From positions 1,224 through 65,223 of IMG/VR virus record IMGVR_UViG_3300034073_005177: 64,000 nucleotides of DNA, one strand, 5' to 3'. This document shows positions 1 to 8,812 of this stretch, piece by piece. The DNA is from a virus (Duplodnaviria > Caudoviricetes). Each line of letters opens with the position of its first letter. Positions within the stretch are counted from its first letter, which is position 1. A program made the translations under genes and the position numbers. The notes below the pieces were generated by a model. That model was not told the origin of the DNA. It was given only the letters and a program-made list of their open reading frames with translations, and did no database searches.

Positions 1-498
1 TATTGTTGCGCCATAACCACCAGACGCTGTTTGTAATTCATCTACTGTTTGTGTAACTAACCTGGATGTTGAAAAATACGGCGCTAATAAAATATGATTG
101 TAATCAAAGTACTCGCCGCCCGCGGCTCGAATTATAGAATTATTGTAATTAGCAGCTTCGGGATCAGTTGAATCCAACACGTCGATCCAGAATGTTGCCC
201 CTGAAGTTCCGCCCGCGGGATCTTTTAACATCATCCAACCCGAAGCCTGAACGATAAACTCTTTATAAGTTACGCCATTAACTTTAAAATCGAAACCTAT
301 CGGTAGGACGCTAGAATATCCTTGCCAGGGACTCAATCCACCGACGGTAACAGTACTGTTGAACGTAATGATGTAATTTTGTTTAATAAATTTATCATCC
401 GACACGGTAACTGGATCGTCAAATAACCTTTTAATTGAAGCCACGTAATCGCTTAGCTTCCTATCAGGCGCTGCCCTTAGTGCTTTGCTCGTTGCCAT
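1..498 (-). CDS. Virion/tail-associated protein, N-terminal part (runs off the window edge)
   Basis: Not in the ORF track. Read by hand from ATG at 498 (MATSKALRAAPDRKLSDYVASIKRLF...PIGFDFKVNGVTY...), open to position 1. Starts 1 nt after the stop of the 500-1465 gene. Confidence 0.75.
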   Translation of the reverse strand, partial: MATSKALRAAPDRKLSDYVASIKRLFDDPVTVSDDKFIKQNYIITFNSTVTVGGLSPWQGYSSVLPIGFDFKVNGVTYKEFIVQASGWMMLKDPAGGTSGATFWIDVLDSTDPEAANYNNSIIRAAGGEYFDYNHILLAPYFSTSRLVTQTVDELQTASGGYGATI

Positions 499-499
499 G

Positions 500-1465
500 T
501 CAGTACGTCATACCTCCAAATGCTATAGAATCTACTCCCGCGTAACCTATATTATCATATACAAAACCTGTTGTCGCGGATTTTTTCCCAGGAGGCACGT
601 AATTTCCAGTAGAACCTGTCATGATATTAAAGACGTTTACCAAGTCCTGTCCATGCGTAGTAGTAGTAACTCCCATACTTTGAAGATATTTTTTAGAATC
701 ATCAAAAGGAAATGTTAGATTGGAAGCAATATTAGAACCAGATAAGTCAACCAAAAAATATTTTACGCTACCATTTTGAGGTAATTGATGACTTACTAAA
801 CCTGACAAAGTTCCGCTTCCTGGCGAACCCGGATTTATTAACCTATCTAGAAAATAAGCTTTATTTTCAAACAGGCGTGAGCCATTTAAGTAGGTTATCG
901 TTTTTTTAGGTATATAGTCAACAGTTAAAACTTCGTCGCTAGCTAAAGAGAACTTATTTAAGTTACCGTTTAAAAACTCTCCCTTTATAGAGTGTAACTG
1001 ATAAGGATGTTCATTAGACAAAAAACCTTCGACAGCTCTAATTGTTAAAGGTTCAATTACACCATTATATGCTAATTTTCTATCTAAAAAATCTTCTTCC
1101 GTTCCTATCATTTTTGAACGTTCTAGCGAAGAAGACAGTTTTAAATACGTAACCGGATTAAAAGGATCTACTTCGACATAGTATTCAGAAGATACAATTG
1201 TGATATCATCGTTTGCGCCTATACAAACAGGCCTAATTATATGACCTGGCGTTCCGGCAGAAATTTTAAATAATCCAGCATACGCATGTTTGTTTTGTGT
1301 AATTTCTACGCCATGACGAAAAGGGTCAACTTCGATTGTGTTTATACTAGAAGAATTGATTCCAACTGCAGCAATATTGAGTATTGGTCCTTCGTCGAAG
1401 GCTGTTGATGCCAACGTAGAATATTGCTGGATGGTCGAATAAAAATTCTTTAAATAAATGGTCAT
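500..1465 (-). CDS. Hypothetical virion structural protein
   Basis: 321 aa ORF inside the baseplate operon; no recognisable catalytic motif. Confidence 0.6.
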   Translation of the reverse strand: MTIYLKNFYSTIQQYSTLASTAFDEGPILNIAAVGINSSSINTIEVDPFRHGVEITQNKHAYAGLFKISAGTPGHIIRPVCIGANDDITIVSSEYYVEVDPFNPVTYLKLSSSLERSKMIGTEEDFLDRKLAYNGVIEPLTIRAVEGFLSNEHPYQLHSIKGEFLNGNLNKFSLASDEVLTVDYIPKKTITYLNGSRLFENKAYFLDRLINPGSPGSGTLSGLVSHQLPQNGSVKYFLVDLSGSNIASNLTFPFDDSKKYLQSMGVTTTTHGQDLVNVFNIMTGSTGNYVPPGKKSATTGFVYDNIGYAGVDSIAFGGMTY

Positions 1466-1476
1466 GTAACCCTCGA

Positions 1477-4400
1477 TTAAAATCTACCTATTTTTCCTGT
1501 TATCTGTTGAACCAACAGCGTGTCTCTTATGCGCGAACGAGTAGAGTCTCCCAAGTATATTTCGCTAGATTGGTATTCAATTTTATGACGCTCTAACATG
1601 TGAGATTCAATTACGAAATTCGTGCCCTTAAACCTTGTTTTTCTAGGAACTAATTGCTCAATGAAGGTGCTAATAGAAGTATCAAACCATTTATAAAATT
1701 CAAAGAAACTTCTAAAGTTTAATTTTTCAGACAATCTATTGAAATAGATATTTCTTAATTTTTCTAGGTCCGGATAGTCGGGAGAATACGCTAATGTAGG
1801 ATCGCCAATCGCTGTCGCTAATTCATCAAACATAGCAAACATATTGATAATATCTTTATTCAAAGAATCTATCAAGGAAAACTCAATCGATAAACGCGTG
1901 TCATCTAAGGGCTTTTCATTAGCAGGGTAATCTTTGGCCGGACCAAAAATAGCCCATGGCGCATCTACCATATTTTTTTCATCTAAAAATCCGCGAATTC
2001 TTATTTTTTCACTCGTCGAATATTCATCGTAATAAGGAGACAAATAGTTTCTATCGAAAGTCTCTCCGAATGAAGCAGTTACCAACGCTGTATATCCCGA
2101 ACCGGTCATGTGAATTCCGTTTTCGCTATAATCTAAAAATACAATTTTTCCAAATGAGTCTGATATTTTTGTTGACTGCTTTTCTAGAACACTCATCCTT
2201 AATTTTTCAAACGAACCAGATTTGTTAGTAACATAATTAAAGTTGGTAAGTGGCGTAGAAACTCCTTGAGATTTATAGTTTCTTACGTGATCTCTCCATT
2301 CACTTTCCGTTAACGCCTTCGACCAAAATCTAACGTATCCGACCCTACCATCGAAATCAGTAATGCGCGCGCTTGCAGGAACATCAATAGTGTTATTTAA
2401 AAACAAATAACCCATCGCGCCTTCGGGAATATTTTGATTATCGCCTATTTCTACCCAAGAACCCGACGCGTTGTATACTGAACTAATATTTTTAAAATAA
2501 CTCGTTCTAATTCCGGCGATCGGCGTAGCTTCATCAAAGAAAGAAGACGTAGTATAATATTCGGTTATATCACCACCCGATTGTGTACTAGCTCGCAAGA
2601 AATAAGAAGAAGAAATGACGCTCCCTATTTGGTCTGATCTTTGACAGCCAAAAGAAACATTCCACTTGTTACCATCGAAAATATCAAATCCAGTTAAGCT
2701 TAATTGTAAAAGTGGAGAAGTAGTAGATAAACCTGGTCGTGCATAAAGATGTAGACCACCTGAATAAACAAGATTTAATAAAAGTGCAGATTGCGCATAC
2801 GGGGAAGATCCAGTCGTATGCAATCTTGCTAGCGATTGCACGCCAAATGCTGAATTGTTTGAAAACTTATAGATTCCCTCATACGTCCACGAACCAGAAG
2901 TCAATAAACCGTCTGACGGATTAGATGATACGCCATTTACGAATGTACCAATTATTTCTGGATATCCTGGTTCGACGCGTGACGCAGAAAGATAATTTGA
3001 CGTTAATAAAACAGCGCCCGAAACTTTCGTTAAAATGCCCTGTTCAACTTTATATTCTCTTGTTGTTTCAAACTGTTTTAAAGACGGACCACCGTATTCT
3101 CTTATTCTTAAGCTATTATTTGGATCTATACCCAAAGATCTTAAGAATGAACGAATACTGTGTTGAGTACCTTTTGACCTGATTATATCAGGCATATTAA
3201 TAAGTACGCGACGAAGTAGATGAGACTGTACTTGCTTTATTGTATAATCGTTTATGCCTATTTCTGATACGTCTTCGCCTTCAACGTATTGTTGTATATT
3301 CGCGCTATTAAACAAAGGTGGCAAATAAAAACCATAATCTTTTATAAAGTCATTTAAAAAGCTATCAGGAATTGTCTCGTTTAAATCATAACCAACTGTT
3401 CGCAAGGTCTTAAATGCATCCGCGAACATTTTAATCTCATCGAAAAACTTAGCCCAAATATACAAAAATGACAACATAACCTGTACGGAGCCTAATTTAC
3501 CTTGACCAGGTATTCCTTGACCACTGTAGGAATCGGTTATTGTGCCTTCTAAACTCGCCTGCGGTATTCCTTCGAATTGTGCACCTTCACGCAAATAGTG
3601 ACGAGGTATTAGTTTCGTAATTAAATTAGGGTTATCAAGATCATACAAGCTTGCTGTCGTTAATAGACTTTCGTTCAATGCAACGACTGATGGATCCAGA
3701 GGAAAAAGAATTTTTTTAAATTCGCCTCTTTCGTTAGTCATCAAACTATTACTATCGATAGACGTAGGTTGACGCAGCGAGGAAGAACCATAAGAATTAT
3801 AGTTGTTTATCGTTCCGTGCAAAGAATTACCCGAGCTATCTAAAACGATCGAATTCACTGTGTCGCTTGGTGAACTCGCGTACGACGATGATGGCTCGTT
3901 AAATCTATAATATAATTTTAAATTATCTGTCGCGTAAATACCTTTTGAGCGATATAATTCTTGTTGTTTAATACTTCTAGTTGAATGAAATATTCTTAGT
4001 TCATCCAAACTACCGCTAAACGTTTGCTGTGGCGAAATTAAAGTACCTGTAACAAAGAATGAAGAACCAGAACCAATATACATGTCTGTTCTTTCGCTAA
4101 AATCGCCAAATTCTTTTTGATATTGGCTAGTTGCGACTAGTTCTTCGTTAATAAAGAATTGCAAATAATCTGGTCCTGATTCCTTGTTCAGAGTCATACA
4201 CAGATGATTAAATTGTCCTTTTGTTAACGTCGCCTCGACATGATTATTGACGCCTCCTGAAACAAAGCTAAAAACACCTTTTACTTCACTCGTTGAAGAA
4301 GGCTCTAGATGAAAAGTAAATCCTTCATCTTTGTTAGCAGATTGTTTTTGAATGATGACTTGTCTACTGTTCGTCTGGTCTGGAATAAACGCGTGTAGTT

Positions 4401-4926
4401 CGACAGTAAAAGACTTATCTGCGACGGGATTAAAAACGGATTCGCCTGATTTATTTTTAGCCAGCGAAGGAAACAACCAGCCCGCGATGTCTTTTGTAGT
4501 TATGTACGTGCCTTGTGTTGGAAGCGTTTCGGAAACCTGAGTACCAGAAAAATGTAATTGGCCACCAAAGGTAGGAAATTGATCGAAAACATATTTTTCA
4601 AATCCACTTATTTTTTCAAAAAATGCTTCTACTTCCTTTTTTGTTCCATCGAATGGATAACCATTTATGATTTGATCAAACGCAACGTTCGTCTTTACTT
4701 CTGCAGATTGAAAAAAAGTATGATTTTCAAACTTAGACCAATCTACGTTTAGCTGTTGGGTATTTTTTAGCGGATAGTTTAGGGGCTCGTACTTAAAAGA
4801 AGAAGTACTAGTAATATTCGAATTTGTTCCCGCCAAATCTTCGAATGTTAATTGCACCGGGCGCGTATCTAATAACGCGGCCTTCAAAAAAGAAGGAATA
4901 TATGGTTGCGTATTCGTTATTGCCAT
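1477..4926 (-). CDS. Large baseplate protein with two LamG/concanavalin-A-like domains
   Basis: LamG-type ends FSGSLDELRIF...LYYRFNE and FDGRVGYVRFWSKAL. KGTQHSIRSFLRSLG resembles the KGT motif of gp7/P2 gpI-like wedge proteins. Lies in the same operon as the gp6- and gp25-like genes. Confidence 0.7.
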   Translation of the reverse strand: MAITNTQPYIPSFLKAALLDTRPVQLTFEDLAGTNSNITSTSSFKYEPLNYPLKNTQQLNVDWSKFENHTFFQSAEVKTNVAFDQIINGYPFDGTKKEVEAFFEKISGFEKYVFDQFPTFGGQLHFSGTQVSETLPTQGTYITTKDIAGWLFPSLAKNKSGESVFNPVADKSFTVELHAFIPDQTNSRQVIIQKQSANKDEGFTFHLEPSSTSEVKGVFSFVSGGVNNHVEATLTKGQFNHLCMTLNKESGPDYLQFFINEELVATSQYQKEFGDFSERTDMYIGSGSSFFVTGTLISPQQTFSGSLDELRIFHSTRSIKQQELYRSKGIYATDNLKLYYRFNEPSSSYASSPSDTVNSIVLDSSGNSLHGTINNYNSYGSSSLRQPTSIDSNSLMTNERGEFKKILFPLDPSVVALNESLLTTASLYDLDNPNLITKLIPRHYLREGAQFEGIPQASLEGTITDSYSGQGIPGQGKLGSVQVMLSFLYIWAKFFDEIKMFADAFKTLRTVGYDLNETIPDSFLNDFIKDYGFYLPPLFNSANIQQYVEGEDVSEIGINDYTIKQVQSHLLRRVLINMPDIIRSKGTQHSIRSFLRSLGIDPNNSLRIREYGGPSLKQFETTREYKVEQGILTKVSGAVLLTSNYLSASRVEPGYPEIIGTFVNGVSSNPSDGLLTSGSWTYEGIYKFSNNSAFGVQSLARLHTTGSSPYAQSALLLNLVYSGGLHLYARPGLSTTSPLLQLSLTGFDIFDGNKWNVSFGCQRSDQIGSVISSSYFLRASTQSGGDITEYYTTSSFFDEATPIAGIRTSYFKNISSVYNASGSWVEIGDNQNIPEGAMGYLFLNNTIDVPASARITDFDGRVGYVRFWSKALTESEWRDHVRNYKSQGVSTPLTNFNYVTNKSGSFEKLRMSVLEKQSTKISDSFGKIVFLDYSENGIHMTGSGYTALVTASFGETFDRNYLSPYYDEYSTSEKIRIRGFLDEKNMVDAPWAIFGPAKDYPANEKPLDDTRLSIEFSLIDSLNKDIINMFAMFDELATAIGDPTLAYSPDYPDLEKLRNIYFNRLSEKLNFRSFFEFYKWFDTSISTFIEQLVPRKTRFKGTNFVIESHMLERHKIEYQSSEIYLGDSTRSRIRDTLLVQQITGKIGRF

Positions 4927-4932
4927 GGTACA

Positions 4933-6453
4933 TTAAAGATTTATAATTCTAAACTGAGATGATGCATTTAAGTATTTTTGTTCTAGGTTATCTACGTTAA
5001 TCATTATGTCGACAACGTACGAATTTAACGATGTTAATGTAGACGTATTAAAGTTAAAATACATCCCCTTCGAATCGCTACTCAACTTTGTAGAATTATA
5101 AGTTGTATCAAAAGGTATGGCATATTCATTCGTCGCAGCGTTTCTAATGGCGTAATGCACATTTCTTAAAGATAAACCCGGTATTTCCGCAGGTAATCTT
5201 TTTGCAAAAATAATTGGATCATTTTGATCGAAAATGTACACACGCATCGTTACTTCTTCTTCCTGAGAATAATCGGTCGTTATACCTGTTACATTTACAG
5301 TATAACGTCTTGGATTTAGTCTATACGATATTCTTTCTGGCGGACGTGCAGTGATTATCGATCCTGTAGCAAAAGCTACATTTTTATCGATAGAAGACCA
5401 AATTGGTGTGAAGCTTACTGAGCCCGATAAATCATAAGCCTTTTTGATCGTTGCGTCGCTAAAGGGTATGGTTACAGAAGCAGAATAAATACCCGTTGTA
5501 TAATTGCTACCAACTTTATGTTGCGATCCTGTAAAAAACAAAGAGTATGTTCCAACGCCTGTTACTTCAGTCTGAAGTTCAAGTAATACTGAATTTGACC
5601 CAGTTAAAAATGTAGAACCAGAAGTCAAGTTTGTTAGTTGGCCATGAATATAGTTGTATAAAAATAAGCTAGCTGAAACTGGCGAATCTAAAAATAGATT
5701 GGACGTATCGTCCTGAATCGAATCGTCAAATTTTATTAATAATTTTGGGTGTTTACTTTCGTCGTATGCGTGGCGGCTAGCGAAACGCTTCACGAAATAT
5801 GTTTTATTATCGTCTTCTGCCGCAGAACTATAAGACAACCTAAAACCAGAATCAGGTAGATCTCCCTTTATAGTAGCTGAAATAATTTTTGTTACATCTA
5901 CGAGTAAATCTTCAGTGCCTTTTACAAATGTTTGAGACACTTTCGTATCTGCTATTGTAACTGAACTTGTTATATAATCTCCTGATCCCGTAGAAAAGCA
6001 CGCCTTTGTGCAACCTTCTCCGAACCATAGCGCGTCGCTAGATGAAGACAAAAAATTACATTTATCTTCATCTGAATAATAAGCTACATCTTTACCATAA
6101 CCTTCTGTAAATGAAGCAGACAACGGAAATATATCGATCGTAAAATTATTGGGAGTCGGCTGCCCACCATATACGTCCTTTAAAGATAAAAGACATTTAA
6201 AACTATTGTGTGAAAGATCAACCCGACCATTGCTTACCAAGTTTTGCAATGGCTCCAAATCAAAGTGTATTAAAGCTCTAGATAATTCAGTTTTAGGAAT
6301 TTTATCGCTACCAGACGTTACGATTGTAATTCCGTATAGTTTAAAAAAATCTAAGGTACCAGCAATACCAACGTTACCACTTACAGCCGGTCGGCCATCA
6401 ATGTATTTGTTCGTAATGTAAGTGTCCTTATCTGCTTTTAGAGCTCTAAACAT
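4933..6453 (-). CDS. Virion structural protein with DNRLRE-like N-terminal domain
   Basis: ADKDTYI...SRALIHFDL...PKLLIKFDD pattern; Ser/Thr-Gly-Ser rich; start overlaps the stop of the gp6-like gene. Confidence 0.55.
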   Translation of the reverse strand: MFRALKADKDTYITNKYIDGRPAVSGNVGIAGTLDFFKLYGITIVTSGSDKIPKTELSRALIHFDLEPLQNLVSNGRVDLSHNSFKCLLSLKDVYGGQPTPNNFTIDIFPLSASFTEGYGKDVAYYSDEDKCNFLSSSSDALWFGEGCTKACFSTGSGDYITSSVTIADTKVSQTFVKGTEDLLVDVTKIISATIKGDLPDSGFRLSYSSAAEDDNKTYFVKRFASRHAYDESKHPKLLIKFDDSIQDDTSNLFLDSPVSASLFLYNYIHGQLTNLTSGSTFLTGSNSVLLELQTEVTGVGTYSLFFTGSQHKVGSNYTTGIYSASVTIPFSDATIKKAYDLSGSVSFTPIWSSIDKNVAFATGSIITARPPERISYRLNPRRYTVNVTGITTDYSQEEEVTMRVYIFDQNDPIIFAKRLPAEIPGLSLRNVHYAIRNAATNEYAIPFDTTYNSTKLSSDSKGMYFNFNTSTLTSLNSYVVDIMINVDNLEQKYLNASSQFRIINL

Positions 6454-8306
6454 TATGACACCGCTTTCGCAACAATATCAACATTGGGATACCTAACCTG
6501 GAATATTCCACCCACAGGTGGAAAAATCATTTGTCTGCGTGTATAAGCCTTTATATCGTGTGTATCTAAACTATACACCCTATTATTAACAACGCCCGAA
6601 ATATTTACGAATTGAATATTTTCAACAGCTATTACGCCTGGAATTGCATAGATCGCGTTAACGTATTCAGATATTACGATTGGTTGATTAATGTGAAATT
6701 TCGTTACATCAAACTTGGTTTGTAATGATGCAAGTATACTAGTAAGAAGCGTATTTCTATTTAACGACGGATCTAACACTACTGAAAACTTTAGCTGTAA
6801 ATCAATAACTTTTGCGTCTAAAATATCAATCGAATCAGAAATCATTCGATACGAGTTCAAATATCTTTTTAAGTTTAATTTAAGACTATCAGGAGAAGTT
6901 ATTAATTTTGATTGAGCATCTCTAGATATAATGTAAAGTTGGGTTGCTAAAGGATTGTTTGTGTTGGGTACAATAGCTGCTCTAAATACGCGGCCTAGAT
7001 TTGATGGCATCGTATAGATTCTTGCCAATAGATCTTCTTTCGTTACCACTCTTTCTTGCGAGTTTTTAGCGAAAGGAATTAATGCCACTAGTTCTTCGGT
7101 CGTTAACGCATCTTCACCGCCAGACGCTTGTTCTAAATTCGTAACTTCCAAAGTATTTCTAACTGCTATCGATAAGTTTACCGTTGGATTTCTTGGAAAC
7201 GCTATCGATAAATTATAAACGCTGGTTATCGAATTAGCAGGGACGTTATGGGATAATCCACCACCATATCGATAGTTTATTGACAACGTAGTATTACTAC
7301 CCGCGACGCCAAGAGTGTTTGTCGTTAATAACTTTTGAGGATTTACAGGTACCCTTGAGCTTGTTTTGCTATAGGGTATCGCAATAGCAAACTCGGACGG
7401 ATCTGGTATTATATCGTCCTCTAACGAATCAGCTGTACCTCCGCCGAATGTTAAAGAAGTTGTTCTTCCTATAACGGACGTATTTTTCGTAAAACGATAA
7501 GGCGCAGGTATTACTTTTAGCGTGTCTTTTACTAGTTGATTATCACCAGCAATATTTAATACATTTTTATAAACCACGTCGTGAGTTAATGCGCCTACTT
7601 CGTAATACGTGTTTCCAAAAGAATCATATACGTTAATAATCTCTGTTACGTTTGGTTCGGACAGAGTTATGTTTCTGAATGGAACGAAATCGCCAATTGT
7701 AAAGTTTTCAGTTACGACATCGCCAGAAACGCATAGACCGCTTAATGAAACTATATATGAAGTTATTTGACCACTGGCGTTGGTATTGCCAATTCTTTTC
7801 GTAGCTAAAGAATTTAAAACATAGCTTCCATCTTCTTGTTCGACTAAAAACTCAATATCTTCTAATAAATTAAACAATATAGAATTAGTAGAAATAAAAA
7901 CGGTACCGGCTTTTACGACGGGTAATAAATTTACATCTGGGCCATCGTCGTCTAGTTGCTCAACTGGTACTTCAAAATACACGGTTACATTCGCGGTCGC
8001 CGGCGCTGCGCCATTAACTTCAATGCCAGAATTGTTTAATGCGCGCTGAATAGACGATGGTTCAACTGCAGTATCAAAATTTAATTCACCATAAAGATGA
8101 TCCATGTAAAAAGACATGTTATCGCCAACATAGGCTGCCATGTCAAGAAAAAGGCCACCAACCGAAGATTCCGAAAAATCTTGTATTTGTGTTGGATAAT
8201 ATTGTCTTGCATAATCCAACAAGGTTGCGCGCAAAGAATCAAAATCGCGTGACAAATATCTACGCTGCCTAACCTGTTGAACTTGTGTCTTTCTATCTGT
8301 CGCCAT
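6453..8306 (-). CDS. Baseplate wedge protein (T4 gp6 / baseplate J-like)
   Basis: RDFDSLRATL, DFSESSVGGLFLDMAAYVGD, ASGGEDA and QERVVTKEDL are gp6-family hallmarks. Confidence 0.9.
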   Translation of the reverse strand: MATDRKTQVQQVRQRRYLSRDFDSLRATLLDYARQYYPTQIQDFSESSVGGLFLDMAAYVGDNMSFYMDHLYGELNFDTAVEPSSIQRALNNSGIEVNGAAPATANVTVYFEVPVEQLDDDGPDVNLLPVVKAGTVFISTNSILFNLLEDIEFLVEQEDGSYVLNSLATKRIGNTNASGQITSYIVSLSGLCVSGDVVTENFTIGDFVPFRNITLSEPNVTEIINVYDSFGNTYYEVGALTHDVVYKNVLNIAGDNQLVKDTLKVIPAPYRFTKNTSVIGRTTSLTFGGGTADSLEDDIIPDPSEFAIAIPYSKTSSRVPVNPQKLLTTNTLGVAGSNTTLSINYRYGGGLSHNVPANSITSVYNLSIAFPRNPTVNLSIAVRNTLEVTNLEQASGGEDALTTEELVALIPFAKNSQERVVTKEDLLARIYTMPSNLGRVFRAAIVPNTNNPLATQLYIISRDAQSKLITSPDSLKLNLKRYLNSYRMISDSIDILDAKVIDLQLKFSVVLDPSLNRNTLLTSILASLQTKFDVTKFHINQPIVISEYVNAIYAIPGVIAVENIQFVNISGVVNNRVYSLDTHDIKAYTRRQMIFPPVGGIFQVRYPNVDIVAKAVS

Positions 8307-8312
8307 TTTTCT

Positions 8313-8780
8313 TCAAATTACATATAAAACTGTTTGAATTTTCTTACCAGATATATTCAAGCTGGGAATATTATAGGTAATGGTGATTCTAATTAACGCA
8401 GTGTTAAGCCTTTGAGACCTATCAACTTCTGAAATATAATCGATAGGTTCGACGTAAGGCATCCACCGGGATATCGCAGTGGCAATTCTATTCAATGCCT
8501 CGGCATCAAAAACATCTTGTGAACTAAAATTCACTGTTAAAGGTTTTAAGTTAGCACCAAAATCATATATGCCCAAGCGTTCGCCAAAATTAGTTTGTAA
8601 TAAGTTTCTTAAATTATCAGATAGTTGATCTTCAAGAGAATAGTGCATCGCTAAAGGACCATCTACAACTTCAAGTTGCAAAGGCGTTTTAATGCCTACG
8701 GGTAATACCTTTTCTTCAACAGCTTCATCTTGAAGCGATTGTGCCGTGCGTCCGACGCTTTTGAAACTTAATGTACCCAT
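8313..8780 (-). CDS. Baseplate wedge / sheath initiator (gp25-like)
   Basis: NLRNLLQTNFGERLGIYDFGANL and AISRWMPYV; directly upstream of the gp6-like gene. Confidence 0.9.
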   Translation of the reverse strand: MGTLSFKSVGRTAQSLQDEAVEEKVLPVGIKTPLQLEVVDGPLAMHYSLEDQLSDNLRNLLQTNFGERLGIYDFGANLKPLTVNFSSQDVFDAEALNRIATAISRWMPYVEPIDYISEVDRSQRLNTALIRITITYNIPSLNISGKKIQTVLYVI

Positions 8781-8792
8781 TTACTTCTTTGG

Positions 8793-8799
8793 TAATTAT
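8793..8799 (-). promoter_or_regulatory. Candidate late promoter motif ATAATTA
   Basis: Member of the ATAnTTA motif set found upstream of structural genes; 12 nt before the gp25-like ATG. Confidence 0.35.
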
Positions 8800-8812
8800 A
8801 AACTGTAATTAA

